This document shows, piece after piece, positions 20,382 to 29,931 of a DNA stretch of 59,151 bases. This DNA is from a virus (taxonomy: Duplodnaviria; Heunggongvirae; Uroviricota; Caudoviricetes). The stretch spans positions 64,001-123,151 of the IMG/VR virus record IMGVR_UViG_3300035501_000704; one strand, written 5' to 3'. The notes beneath the pieces were generated by a model. The model was not told the origin of the DNA. It ran no database searches and worked only from the letters and a program-made list of their open reading frames with translations. Made by a program: the position numbers and the translations under genes. Each line of letters opens with the position of its first letter. The stretch's first letter is position 1.

Positions 20382-22655
20382 TTAAAATGCTACATCAGAG
20401 TTAGCATCTTGCTTCTTTTTCTTCATCTCTAAAAAAATTTGTTTCTTCAAATCATCTTGTTCCTTCTCTTTTACTTCTTCTCTATGTTTTCCAAACTCAA
20501 CACTATTACCAAATTCAGTAACATTATCAGTTGAAATTGTGCATGTACCATTATTAAATAATACACCTTCAATTACCTTACCACTACTACCAGCACGATT
20601 CTTTAAGATAGAAATGGTAGCCACATTATTAGCAATATCATCAAGACTTCTTGTAATTGACATAATAATATGTGAAATCTGAATCTTGCCCAAAGAACCA
20701 CCTGCATTATCCATGGTTACAAGCTCAGCATTGATTGAATCTCTATTTCCCTGAACAGGAACCCAAAAAGCAATATTTAATTCATTTGCCATAGATTCAA
20801 TCTTACGCATAATACCTGATTCCTTTTCCCACTTTGTTGCTTGTGATGAACCAGTTAACTTAATACACTCAAAGTAGTCAATGATAACCATATCAGGTCT
20901 AAATCCAGAATTGATATGATGCTTAATAATCTGTTGAATAAAATCAATTGATTTCTCTCCTGAACGTAATCGAATAATCCTTAAATTCTTCGTAGCTAAC
21001 TCTCTATCCGGGTAATTATCCAATATCTCTCTGATATGTTGCTCATATTCGTCTTTAGACAAATAACAGGCCTCAACTTGTGTAATCTTTGAAAAATGCT
21101 TTCTCTTAACTTGATTCAATGTGTCCTCAAATACAAATTGAATTACTTTAAACCCTTCTTCATTATTCTGTTCAGTCTTAGCTGTAGCGGCATAAAGAGC
21201 CATAGCAGTTGTAAGAGATGTATTATGCGTTACAATAAAATCTCTTGTAAGATACAATGAGTCTTCTGCATCAACCTTAATACATACAGCTTCATGCTCA
21301 TATACTTTTTCTGCACTTGTAATTCTTCTTGAATTATACTCATCAAGATACTTAACATATTTCTGTTTTGAATTGTCAGTGAACGGCTTAATTGATTCAT
21401 CATAAAAATAGAAAAGCAATTCATGACTTGAATGTGTAATTGGAATATCAACCACACTACCACCCAACGATTCAATCAAAAATTTAATATCATCTCTTTG
21501 TTCTTCAAAGATTAGGCCAAGACTACATGAACCATTAGAACCTATCATGCCATATGTATCCATGATGCCATTCAATAATTCAACTCTTGATTTAATATCA
21601 TTTATTAGATATTCAGACGGTATTCTATCTGAATTCCTAAATAAAAGACGTCCATAGTCATAAGGTCTTTCACTTGTAGATTTATGCTCAAATTCTACAG
21701 GCTTAGCCATTGGAATCATAAATCTATAACTGCCATTGTAGAATAATCCTTCATTAAGAATGTCTTTTAGTTTCATTGTCTTATAAGACACACCATTCTT
21801 GTTTCGTGTATCAATATCACTGACATTCCATAAATGGTCTAATGTACAATAAGATTCAGACTCATCATTAAATTTAACCTTATAAATATCCATTACACCC
21901 TGTGGATAAACGCCCAATACAGTATGTAATTTACCATCTCTACCAAATACCTTATCACCTACCTTAATATCACCAATACGAACATATCCAATTGGAGTCA
22001 CAACAGGCTCATTGGTATCAAGAGCTTTACCGAAACCACTTGGGCCTACAATACAACCCAATTCACCTCTACCAATACCACCATTCAATACCTCATCAAT
22101 CTTACCAATACCAGTTGGAATAACAATACGAGAATCCTTTGATAATACTTCATCAATATTATCAAACAATCCTGTTTCCTCATAATCCTCATGATTTCCT
22201 ACAACAAGAGCATTTTTCAAAAGCTCTTCACACTTATCAAAATTTTCAATATCACCATTACCAGCCAATCTAAGCATTTCATTAGCTGCCTTAATGATAT
22301 TCTGTTGTTTAAAGAACTTTGTTGCTAATTCTCTTGTTTGCTCAGAACCATCAGAACTTGTGTTTCGTACCTTATTGATAATAGCATCACATATCTCTAA
22401 ATCAGCTTGTGTATGCGCCTTTTGACGCAATGCCACTGACATAGATGAATATGAAGGAACACTATTATGCTTCTTCAAGTACTCCAACATTGTTCCAACA
22501 TACATTTTCAAATATTGCCCAGTAAACATATTCTGGTCAATAATAGGAGCTAAGTCTTTAAAGCAACTCTTATCCTCCATAAACTCTTTTACAAGTTTAT
22601 ATTGATATTCTTCTCCAAGATACTTTAAAGATGTTTTATCTATTTCTGTTCCCAT
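20382..22655 (-). CDS. dnaB: Replicative DnaB-like (T4 gp41-type) helicase containing an intein
   Basis: Walker A GPSGFGK/T split by an intein; PDMVIIDYFECI (Walker B); LNIAFWVPVQGNR; ISILKNRAG. Confidence 0.93.
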   Translation of the reverse strand: MGTEIDKTSLKYLGEEYQYKLVKEFMEDKSCFKDLAPIIDQNMFTGQYLKMYVGTMLEYLKKHNSVPSYSSMSVALRQKAHTQADLEICDAIINKVRNTSSDGSEQTRELATKFFKQQNIIKAANEMLRLAGNGDIENFDKCEELLKNALVVGNHEDYEETGLFDNIDEVLSKDSRIVIPTGIGKIDEVLNGGIGRGELGCIVGPSGFGKALDTNEPVVTPIGYVRIGDIKVGDKVFGRDGKLHTVLGVYPQGVMDIYKVKFNDESESYCTLDHLWNVSDIDTRNKNGVSYKTMKLKDILNEGLFYNGSYRFMIPMAKPVEFEHKSTSERPYDYGRLLFRNSDRIPSEYLINDIKSRVELLNGIMDTYGMIGSNGSCSLGLIFEEQRDDIKFLIESLGGSVVDIPITHSSHELLFYFYDESIKPFTDNSKQKYVKYLDEYNSRRITSAEKVYEHEAVCIKVDAEDSLYLTRDFIVTHNTSLTTAMALYAATAKTEQNNEEGFKVIQFVFEDTLNQVKRKHFSKITQVEACYLSKDEYEQHIREILDNYPDRELATKNLRIIRLRSGEKSIDFIQQIIKHHINSGFRPDMVIIDYFECIKLTGSSQATKWEKESGIMRKIESMANELNIAFWVPVQGNRDSINAELVTMDNAGGSLGKIQISHIIMSITRSLDDIANNVATISILKNRAGSSGKVIEGVLFNNGTCTISTDNVTEFGNSVEFGKHREEVKEKEQDDLKKQIFLEMKKKKQDANSDVAF
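21222..22025 (-). mobile_element. Class 3 intein (268 aa) with degenerate LAGLIDADG remnant
   Basis: Starts ALDTNEPVVTPIG right after GK. Block B TLDHLW, block F AVCIKV, block G IVTHN then Thr(+1). Endonuclease remnants RPYDYGRLLF and LLNGIMDTYG. Confidence 0.92.
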
Positions 22656-22732
22656 TTAATTAGCAACTTTAAGTGTTAAATATATATCTTGTTTTAACAA
22701 AAATATTTAAATCAAATTATATTCTTACAAAA

Positions 22733-22756
22733 GGAGATGGTATTTCTACCATCTCC
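22733..22756 (-). terminator. Rho-independent terminator with GAAA tetraloop
   Basis: Perfect 10-bp stem GGAGATGGTA-TTTC-TACCATCTCC with AAAA on its plus 5' side (U-tract on minus). Confidence 0.75.
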
Positions 22757-22791
22757 AACCGTAAATAAATTACAATACAATATGCAGGACG

Positions 22792-23730
22792 TTATTTTTC
22801 TTTTTTCTTCCGATGATACAAATCATCGAAATATTTATCTGTCTTCTCCTTAGTAGCTTCAGCCCAACCTCGCTCTACCTTGCGATTATACCATGCAATA
22901 TTGGTATGATAAGTCTTTGTTCCACCCTTAATGGTATCATAAACAGGAACCTGCTTAATAGTACCGTCATGGTTATACTCAAAACACTCCTTGCCTTCAG
23001 CATTGATATAAGTCTTATTCTTAGTTACAACTTCACCATTCTTTGTTTTACGAACCTTAGTTGTCTTATATTCAAGCACGGTATTATATTGGCTAATGCT
23101 ATCAAAATAACCATCATAGGAAGAGCATACCTCATAAATAATCTTCTGGATAATAGGAATCAAATCCTCTCTCTCTGAAATCATATGCTTCAGTACATAC
23201 AAATCGCCTGAAAGAGGTGAATCATTATCACCAAAGAATCTATCACGATTATAAACATATGTGTTTTCACCCTTGGTAAGCTTTACCAACTTATTCGTAA
23301 TATCAATATTGTTACGAATGTAATTAGGATAATAGCGAGCATCCAACGTCTTTGAAATTACTTCCTTACCATTATCACTTACAGCAAAACGCAATACAAA
23401 TTGTCCCTCATCAATCAATGGGTCTGTCATAACTTCAGGGTCCCATTCGGGATTCTCAGGGAAATTGTGGTACCACAAATAAGTACGAGTCTTAGCCTTC
23501 AAATCATCGTTAATGATTTCAACAATTTCATCAACCTTATTTTTGAAGTTTTCTGTTACCATGGAACCTTCAATATATCCGTTAATTGAAAAATTCCGTT
23601 TACATACAAGATATTCATTTGCATACAACGCAAACTCAAATCTACAATCCTTTCTCTTTTGTGCAACATCACCATTATCATTAACCTTTAATGATGGTGC
23701 AACATTTTCTTTAAATTCGTCAAGATTCAT
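22792..23730 (-). CDS. Hypothetical protein (312 aa)
   Basis: Clean ORF with its own host-type promoter and terminator; no motif recognised. Confidence 0.75.
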   Translation of the reverse strand: MNLDEFKENVAPSLKVNDNGDVAQKRKDCRFEFALYANEYLVCKRNFSINGYIEGSMVTENFKNKVDEIVEIINDDLKAKTRTYLWYHNFPENPEWDPEVMTDPLIDEGQFVLRFAVSDNGKEVISKTLDARYYPNYIRNNIDITNKLVKLTKGENTYVYNRDRFFGDNDSPLSGDLYVLKHMISEREDLIPIIQKIIYEVCSSYDGYFDSISQYNTVLEYKTTKVRKTKNGEVVTKNKTYINAEGKECFEYNHDGTIKQVPVYDTIKGGTKTYHTNIAWYNRKVERGWAEATKEKTDKYFDDLYHRKKKEK

Positions 23731-23801
23731 TATTTACGAATTAAAAAGTTAAACAACCAAATTTAATAACTCACTTTATACTTCATCTCTGAAATACGGT
23801 G

Positions 23802-23833
23802 CAAACATACTACTATATTTTTTTAATTTCAAG
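23802..23833 (-). promoter_or_regulatory. Bacteroidota sigma-A-type promoter
   Basis: CTTG (23830-23833), 20 nt, TATGTTTG (23802-23809), then CA. Confidence 0.75.
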
Positions 23834-23844
23834 ATAAAAAATTA

Positions 23845-25020
23845 TTATTTTTGCTTGAAAAATTCGATTTCCTTTTTTCTTATTCGTTCATACATTCCAA
23901 ATAAATTTCCGAACTTTGTTACATCAGTTAACATAGACATACCATTGGCTTCAACTATTTTATAAACATTCTTTATATTTCTTGATTCAGGGTCAATGGG
24001 TGCGCCATATATACTATCCAATTCTTCTTTTGCTTCATCAGTTAATAAAGGAGTCGATAAATCTATAATCTGTTCGTTTATTTCATATATCTTATCTCCT
24101 TGACAGCCATCAGTTACCTTATTTAAAGCATTTTCAAGACATTTAATGGGTTTTTTCTTCTCTGCCTTACGTTCATCTAGTATTTGCTTACAAGTGTCTA
24201 AAAACTCATTTAAATTAGCTTTTTCGGACTTTATCTTTGGAAAGTATTTTTCAAGTGTTGTTTCTCCAATACCCTTAACTCCTTTAATATTATCTGAAAC
24301 ATCTCCACATATAATCTTTCTAAGAACAATATTATATGATGGTACTCCCAATTGTTCAACGTCATTCTTAGGTGAAACAAATGTTTTTATACTTGGAATA
24401 TATAAACAAATATCATTTTGAATAAGTTGAGATATATCTCTATCCTCAGACACAATTACAATATAATCATTCTTTTTCTTGTTCTTACAATAATAAGATA
24501 TAAGGTCATCTCCCTCAACATTCTCATACATATATTGTCTTACAAACAATTCATCCAATATATCTTGAAGAATGGCTCTCTGACGTTGAAAATTCTCTTC
24601 ATCAGTTTCTTTCTTTCCTTGTTGCTTTCTGCTCTTTGTTTTCCAATCATAAACTTTCTTGCAATAGGCATTGATATAAGCATCATAATCTGATTGAGGA
24701 TTTGCTATTGCTGTTGCTTCCTCATAATTCTTATCTCTATTTGCCTTATAATCAGCATACAATTTCCATCTTAATGAACCTGAATTAAAACCATCCCATA
24801 CAACCGTACAATGATTAAAATCTCGTTTCATTAACAAATTTCCAACTCTATATAAGAAATTCAATATACCACCATATTCTTCACCCTTACTGTTAATTGC
24901 ATCTTTCTTAACCAATGAAGATTTAAGTACAGAATTTCCATCTACCAATAGATGATATATCTTTTCTTGTGTATCAATGTTATTAGCCATTGCAACGTTA
25001 TTTCTTATTACCTGTTTCAT
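23845..25020 (-). CDS. 5'-3' exonuclease / flap endonuclease (T4 RNase H / Pol I N-terminal family)
   Basis: LLVDGNS, VVWDG, YKANR, EGDDLI, VSEDRDISQL, ICGDVSDNIKGVKGIGETT (H3TH motif). Confidence 0.93.
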   Translation of the reverse strand: MKQVIRNNVAMANNIDTQEKIYHLLVDGNSVLKSSLVKKDAINSKGEEYGGILNFLYRVGNLLMKRDFNHCTVVWDGFNSGSLRWKLYADYKANRDKNYEEATAIANPQSDYDAYINAYCKKVYDWKTKSRKQQGKKETDEENFQRQRAILQDILDELFVRQYMYENVEGDDLISYYCKNKKKNDYIVIVSEDRDISQLIQNDICLYIPSIKTFVSPKNDVEQLGVPSYNIVLRKIICGDVSDNIKGVKGIGETTLEKYFPKIKSEKANLNEFLDTCKQILDERKAEKKKPIKCLENALNKVTDGCQGDKIYEINEQIIDLSTPLLTDEAKEELDSIYGAPIDPESRNIKNVYKIVEANGMSMLTDVTKFGNLFGMYERIRKKEIEFFKQK

Positions 25021-25035
25021 TTCCTATTTCTACTG

Positions 25036-25067
25036 CAAATATAATAATTAAGGTTGATAATAGCAAC
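25036..25067 (-). promoter_or_regulatory. Bacteroidota sigma-A-type promoter
   Basis: GTTG (25064-25067), 20 nt, TATATTTG (25036-25043), then CA. Confidence 0.7.
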
Positions 25068-25112
25068 ATTACCAACCTTATAATATATAATTATTTACAA
25101 AAATTAACAAAA

Positions 25113-26291
25113 TCAACGGATATAAATATTGATAAATGGTTTCGTCTTTTGAATCTCCAAATTTGCTTGAACCAATTTCTGTTGATTCTCTGCCATCGTC
25201 CACGGAAGCATATTTGTATATCTCTCTTTTAATTCTCCAAGTACTCTATCTCTTTCCTTTTGACCATCATCATGATAAACATTCCAATTGATTGTTGCCT
25301 CACTCTGAGGTATCTTGATTGCACCTGAATATCTACCAAATACATAAGACAACTTTATCATTGCATGAGCTGTTAATAATTGTCTTACTGTTTGCTGTGC
25401 TTGATAGTTCATCAATTCAAATTTCATTGCCTCCAAAGGAACATCACTCGGAGATAAAATCACCGTATCTCTATGTTCCAATCTACATTCATCAATTTGT
25501 TCTTGTGAACCATCTGTTTCATAATAATCATACCAAACATAGCAATCCTTGAATCTTCCCCATGATTTATCATCAATTGATATATTTCCAAATGTATTTG
25601 GATTTCTCGGCCCAGGAACTGAAAGCAAATGCAATAAATGTGTTCCATCAGGGCCAAGAGTTATCTTATAAGCCAAATCATTCATAAAGAACTTATTCTT
25701 ATATTTCAAATCTGAAGCCATAAGAGCTGTATCATAGGCGCTACCAAAACAACCATAGAATCCATTAAATCCAACAGCACCACCAATTTGAGCACCACCA
25801 AATCCTAATCCACCATTGAAAGCATAACCAAGCCCACCATTTTGCATAAACATAGATGCCTTTGTAGTACTTGGTGTAATCCACATCACTCTATTCACTT
25901 CTCGTCCTGCTGGTATTACATAGACTTGCTTTCCTGCTTCAATTTGAATAAAGTCTTTCTTCAATTCATACTTTGGATTAGTACCTCTACCTTGTAATCC
26001 AACTTCCTTAGAACACCACTGAGCGTAAGATAAAGTCCAATCCATAGCTCTTGTTGTAAGAGCATAGGTTAAGTCTTCAACAGAATTAACAAATTTGGTC
26101 TTATCTTGCCCAAGCATATTCAACCAATTACTTTGAATTATAAAGTTCTGTGTCACCTCTGTATAGTCTCCGACAGCAATCTTTAATAATCTACACATAT
26201 CATCATCTGTCAAAGGAACACTTCTAATTGGGGCACCCAAATAAGAACGAACATCCTCAAAAAGTTCTTTTAATTCATCTGTAATAACCAT
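25113..26291 (-). CDS. Neck / head-tail adaptor protein (T4 gp13-like)
   Basis: N-terminal YLGAPIRSVPLTDDDM resembles gp13 LG.P...v..t.dq; C-terminal KLSYVFGRYSGAIKIP...IN; late-type motif upstream. Confidence 0.65.
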   Translation of the reverse strand: MVITDELKELFEDVRSYLGAPIRSVPLTDDDMCRLLKIAVGDYTEVTQNFIIQSNWLNMLGQDKTKFVNSVEDLTYALTTRAMDWTLSYAQWCSKEVGLQGRGTNPKYELKKDFIQIEAGKQVYVIPAGREVNRVMWITPSTTKASMFMQNGGLGYAFNGGLGFGGAQIGGAVGFNGFYGCFGSAYDTALMASDLKYKNKFFMNDLAYKITLGPDGTHLLHLLSVPGPRNPNTFGNISIDDKSWGRFKDCYVWYDYYETDGSQEQIDECRLEHRDTVILSPSDVPLEAMKFELMNYQAQQTVRQLLTAHAMIKLSYVFGRYSGAIKIPQSEATINWNVYHDDGQKERDRVLGELKERYTNMLPWTMAENQQKLVQANLEIQKTKPFINIYIR

Positions 26292-26314
26292 TGAAATATA
26301 AGATATCTATATTA

Positions 26315-26322
26315 TATAAATA
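26315..26322 (-). promoter_or_regulatory. Candidate late promoter TATTTATA
   Basis: 24 nt upstream of the 26291 start; second copy at 26334-26341. Confidence 0.65.
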
Positions 26323-26345
26323 TCTTAAAGTAATATAAATAAAAA

Positions 26346-26373
26346 ATGTGGCACATTTCACAACGGGCCACAT
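26346..26373 (-). terminator. Rho-independent terminator, UGUGAA loop (copy 2)
   Basis: AAAAA-ATGTGGC-ACAT-TTCACA-ACGG-GCCACAT downstream of recA. A second hairpin, GCTATCAT-TGTTC-ATGATAGC, lies at about 26378-26398. Confidence 0.8.
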
Positions 26374-26414
26374 CTTCGCTATCATTGTTCATGATAGCAC
26401 TCATCAAACATTTT

Positions 26415-27647
26415 TTAATTCATATCTTCTACATCACTCTCCTCAAAGCTAATATCCGATTCTGTGATTTCTACCTTACCATCAGCCAATTTTGTAAGTT
26501 CTGAAAGAATCTGACTAACATGAGTCTTCTTATATTCTTCCAAATCATCTACACTAACAAAACCTGTATTAGCTGCAATAATTGGTCCTTCATATGTAAG
26601 ATTATATGGTGCATCCAAATGATTCTTCAAAATCTTAATCTTAGTTTGAATACCATAAGAATAATTAACTCCCTTTGAACTTGCTGTAAGACGCTTAGTT
26701 CCTGAAGTTAACTGACCACCCATTAAAATTTCAAGTCGTGTCGCATACTTCAATGACTTTCCTCCCTTTGTTTCCATAATCGGAGGGCCAACAGGCGATA
26801 CTGTATTATTCAACCATACCTTATTGACATAAAGCATTGTATTTGTATGTTTGCTTGAAATCTTCTTTGAACCAGGAATTCTATCATTCACAATGCCACT
26901 AAACGCTTGTGAAATAGCTCCTGCTGCCCACATATTATTGGAAATCTTTCCACTTGCAAATTCCTTGAAACATCCAATAGAACCTACAGAGTCCCAACAG
27001 AAAAGCAAATCTTGGTCAATTTCTCCTGATTCCTGAACGTCCAACAATTCATTGATTGCCATTGCCACATCCTCAAGAACAGCAGTTGTACGCTTCTTTG
27101 TAACCTTCTTTCCCTGAGAATAATCCCAATCTCCAAATCGTTCAGCAAGAATTCTATTGTTGTAATAAATAAAATTACCATCCCAATAGATAATCTGATT
27201 CTCAACTCGCTTTGTTACTTCTCCAGTTTCATCATCAACATCTTCAATTTCTACATCTCCATAAACAGGCTCTGCTTCAAGGCCTACAGTTGTTGCAAAC
27301 TTAAATGAAAATGCATTTTCCGTGTCAATAATAACTGGGATAATTCCTTGTTTCTGTGCTGATGCAATCGCACAATTCATCAACAAACTTTTTCCAACAT
27401 TGGTACATCCAATAGCACTAATAACCGTTCCTGTTGGAATACCTGGCAACTTTGTAACCTCTTGAAAAGCCTTTGGCATAAGAATCCAACCCTGCTCTTT
27501 ATTTGCGTTACTTGTTGCTAAATCCTTTGATTTTATGACTTCGCCGTCCTTTGGCTTATCAACAATCATTCCTGTTCGTTCTTTCCAAGCATTTAACCCA
27601 TTCTTATGGATGCCTGTTCCTTTTTTAATTGCTTGTTTAACAGCCAT
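26415..27647 (-). CDS. recA: RecA/UvsX-like recombinase
   Basis: Walker A GCTNVGKS, IIDTENA, CWDSVGS, METKGGKSLKYATRLEI, KIKILKNHL. Confidence 0.9.
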   Translation of the reverse strand: MAVKQAIKKGTGIHKNGLNAWKERTGMIVDKPKDGEVIKSKDLATSNANKEQGWILMPKAFQEVTKLPGIPTGTVISAIGCTNVGKSLLMNCAIASAQKQGIIPVIIDTENAFSFKFATTVGLEAEPVYGDVEIEDVDDETGEVTKRVENQIIYWDGNFIYYNNRILAERFGDWDYSQGKKVTKKRTTAVLEDVAMAINELLDVQESGEIDQDLLFCWDSVGSIGCFKEFASGKISNNMWAAGAISQAFSGIVNDRIPGSKKISSKHTNTMLYVNKVWLNNTVSPVGPPIMETKGGKSLKYATRLEILMGGQLTSGTKRLTASSKGVNYSYGIQTKIKILKNHLDAPYNLTYEGPIIAANTGFVSVDDLEEYKKTHVSQILSELTKLADGKVEITESDISFEESDVEDMN

Positions 27648-27677
27648 TTTCTCTAATTTTTAAATTAGTAAAAAGGT

Positions 27678-27705
27678 GGAGATAGCCAGTTTATTAACTA
27701 TCTCC
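27678..27705 (-). terminator. Hairpin between ssb and recA, probable terminator or attenuator
   Basis: GGAGATAG...CTATCTCC 8-bp stem, extendable by G-U pairs on minus; followed on minus by ACCUUUUU. Confidence 0.6.
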
Positions 27706-27740
27706 TTGAAAAATATCATAGTTAAAGTCTCGTGAACTCC

Positions 27741-28853
27741 TTAGAACGGAAGGTCATCATCACTTGAATTACTGTAGCTACTTGCACTGTTGTAAGTAGG
27801 TGTTTGCATACCCATTGTTGGCAATTCACTAATCGGAACTTTTACCGTAGTCTGCTCAAACATAGAAGTAGGATTTGCACTATTATTAACAGCTACATTC
27901 TGAGAATTAAAAGCTTGTGTGGCACCAGTATTGACAACATACTGAGAGAAATCTTGCGGCTGCGGAGTAACCTTTGCGGCGAACTCCTTAGCGTTGATTT
28001 CAGCATTCACCTTATCAATCTCGGCCTTTGAAGACCAACGTCCCAATTCCTTGGAATAAATCGGTGATTCGCCCTGTGCAGCAATAAAGAGATAGTCATA
28101 ATCCTTAACAGGATAAACATCTTCCCATGTAAGCTTGTCATAAATCCAAGCATTCATCTGCTCTTCAGTACTTGCAAGAGGTGTACGATTCTCATCATCC
28201 GAAATATGATAAGCAGTAGTATCCTTACCTGATTCCTTCTGACGTGTCATGGTCACAATCAAATCCTTACCCTGCATTAGGTCAAATATATTGGTACCAC
28301 CTTCATTACGAGTCTGGAACAAGGCATAAGCCTCATCATAAATACCCTTACCCTTCTTATTATCAGGGAAACGCCAGAACTTAACACCATCTTCTTCATG
28401 GGCACGGTCAATACAACGTACCAACCAATAATCCTTAGACTTATTAGAGAACTCAATATCTCCATACTGCTTTCTCAGTGCTTCATCATCACAAGAATAC
28501 TTCTTCTTATGTGCCTCAGCAGCACCTTCACAGAATGGGCACTTATCAGATTTGCCCATTCCAACAGGACACATATAACGCTTCCACTTCTTCTCGCCGT
28601 TCTCGTTAATCTTAGTTACATGAACATGAACCTTGAAAAATGGTGACATTTCGCCAGCTTCAGGCGCGAACGGCAACAGACGAATCTTCATCTTCTTAGT
28701 GTCCTGACCCTTTTCCAGTCTGTCATTCAAATAATGACTTGCATCAAACTCAACCTTGTCCTTAAACTGTTTTCTCTTCTCCTCAGCTTCCTTTGCAGCA
28801 AGCTCCTTAGCAACCTTCTGAGCAATAATCGTCTCAGCACTAATGTTAATCAT
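27741..28853 (-). CDS. Single-stranded DNA-binding protein (T4 gp32-like)
   Basis: KIRLLPF, HVH...CPVG...CPFC putative Zn site, GVKFWRF, GKDLIVT, acidic SSB tail DDDLPF. Confidence 0.85.
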   Translation of the reverse strand: MINISAETIIAQKVAKELAAKEAEEKRKQFKDKVEFDASHYLNDRLEKGQDTKKMKIRLLPFAPEAGEMSPFFKVHVHVTKINENGEKKWKRYMCPVGMGKSDKCPFCEGAAEAHKKKYSCDDEALRKQYGDIEFSNKSKDYWLVRCIDRAHEEDGVKFWRFPDNKKGKGIYDEAYALFQTRNEGGTNIFDLMQGKDLIVTMTRQKESGKDTTAYHISDDENRTPLASTEEQMNAWIYDKLTWEDVYPVKDYDYLFIAAQGESPIYSKELGRWSSKAEIDKVNAEINAKEFAAKVTPQPQDFSQYVVNTGATQAFNSQNVAVNNSANPTSMFEQTTVKVPISELPTMGMQTPTYNSASSYSNSSDDDLPF

Positions 28854-28943
28854 AACCTTTCAAATAAATTTAATTATACCTAATATTAAATGCCTTATAA
28901 TAAGGCTAACCTTTTTTTTTGTTCTCTTTTTAAATTTCCAGTG

Positions 28944-28975
28944 CAAATATACTTGTTTAATTGCTTGCATTCAAG
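28944..28975 (-). promoter_or_regulatory. Bacteroidota sigma-A-type promoter for ssb-recA
   Basis: CTTG (28972-28975), 20 nt, TATATTTG (28944-28951), then CA. Confidence 0.75.
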
Positions 28976-29035
28976 CAAAAATTAAAAATTATTTACTGGA
29001 TAATTAACCTTTAAATTACTCAACTAATTTCTTAG

Positions 29036-29899
29036 TTAAAAACCTTTAAATATATCCTTCATTGTTTGTCTTAAATTCGGGTCTAATGAATTTGCAATCT
29101 CACTATCATTATAATTATCTACATCATCTTTCGTGATAGTATATTCTTTTGGCTTATCAACTTCATCAGAGCCTGTACTATAAATACCTTCTGCCTCTTT
29201 TCTTTTCCAATAATCAACAGGATTAACATTAAAAGGATAAGAATCAAGACTTCTCATATTTAATCTTTCCGTATTTGTTGGAACTCTCTTTTGTAACTCA
29301 GCCTTTAATGCTGTAATATCAGCATTATTATGGTCAATAGTGTCTTTCATAGTTTCAACAGCAGACAATAACTTTTCAATTCTACCGTCTAACTGGCCAA
29401 AATCTTTTCCTAAACTATTTTGCTTAGTATTAAGTTTTTCCTGTGCGTCAGTTAAATCATCAAGGTCAAGAACATCATCATCGTCCTCTACCTCATCATC
29501 TAAATCATCATCACCACCGAAATCAGGCATATCACCGCCAATTTCATCATCTTGACCGCCTAAGTCAGGCATGTTGTCACCACCATTTCCAAAATCAGGG
29601 CCTTGTGCATTACCACCGCCTTGTTGATTATCCATTTGTGGCATACCACTTGGACCTCCTACATCAGGTCCACCTCCGGGATTCATACCACCAGCATCTT
29701 GACCTGGGCCACCTGGCTGTTGGCCACCCATAGGAGGCATACCACCACCCATATCAGAAGCACCACCAGGTTGATTGTTATCATTGTCATCGTCTTCAGC
29801 TTCTTCCAAAGACGTTGAAAGATAACCCTCATTCACCATTCTTGCAAAATGCTGTTGGATTCTTTTATTTCTTTGTTCTGTAATATTTCTCTTATTCAT
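29036..29899 (-). CDS. Hypothetical late protein with G/P/M/Q-rich disordered region and coiled coil (287 aa)
   Basis: PGGASDMGGGMPPMGGQQPGG... tract, acidic tract, heptad segment LDGRIEKLLSAVETMKDTI; late motif upstream. Confidence 0.8.
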   Translation of the reverse strand: MNKRNITEQRNKRIQQHFARMVNEGYLSTSLEEAEDDDNDNNQPGGASDMGGGMPPMGGQQPGGPGQDAGGMNPGGGPDVGGPSGMPQMDNQQGGGNAQGPDFGNGGDNMPDLGGQDDEIGGDMPDFGGDDDLDDEVEDDDDVLDLDDLTDAQEKLNTKQNSLGKDFGQLDGRIEKLLSAVETMKDTIDHNNADITALKAELQKRVPTNTERLNMRSLDSYPFNVNPVDYWKRKEAEGIYSTGSDEVDKPKEYTITKDDVDNYNDSEIANSLDPNLRQTMKDIFKGF

Positions 29900-29923
29900 T
29901 GTACTATATAGTATATTACAATA

Positions 29924-29931
29924 TATAAATA
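29924..29931 (-). promoter_or_regulatory. Candidate late promoter TATTTATA
   Basis: 25 nt upstream of the 29899 start. Confidence 0.65.

Noticed and set aside
22698-22731. Possible host-type promoter for dnaB (TATTTTTG, TTTG 22 nt upstream)
   Set aside because: Spacing is 22 rather than 20 nt, the trailing CA is missing, and it sits in very AT-rich DNA; too weak to call.
25121-25128. TATTTATA copy in the last codons of the neck gene
   Set aside because: About 100 nt from the next start, which already has a host-type promoter; it may simply encode NIYI.
16669-26365. TTCACAAC motif resembling the CACAAC end of Bacteroidota CRISPR repeats
   Set aside because: Isolated copies inside terminator hairpins, about 10-20 kb apart, with no repeat-spacer periodicity and no cas genes.
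17964-27647. Introns or inteins in nrdD and recA, which are common insertion targets
   Set aside because: Both ORFs are continuous, near normal length, with no intein blocks or reading-frame gaps.
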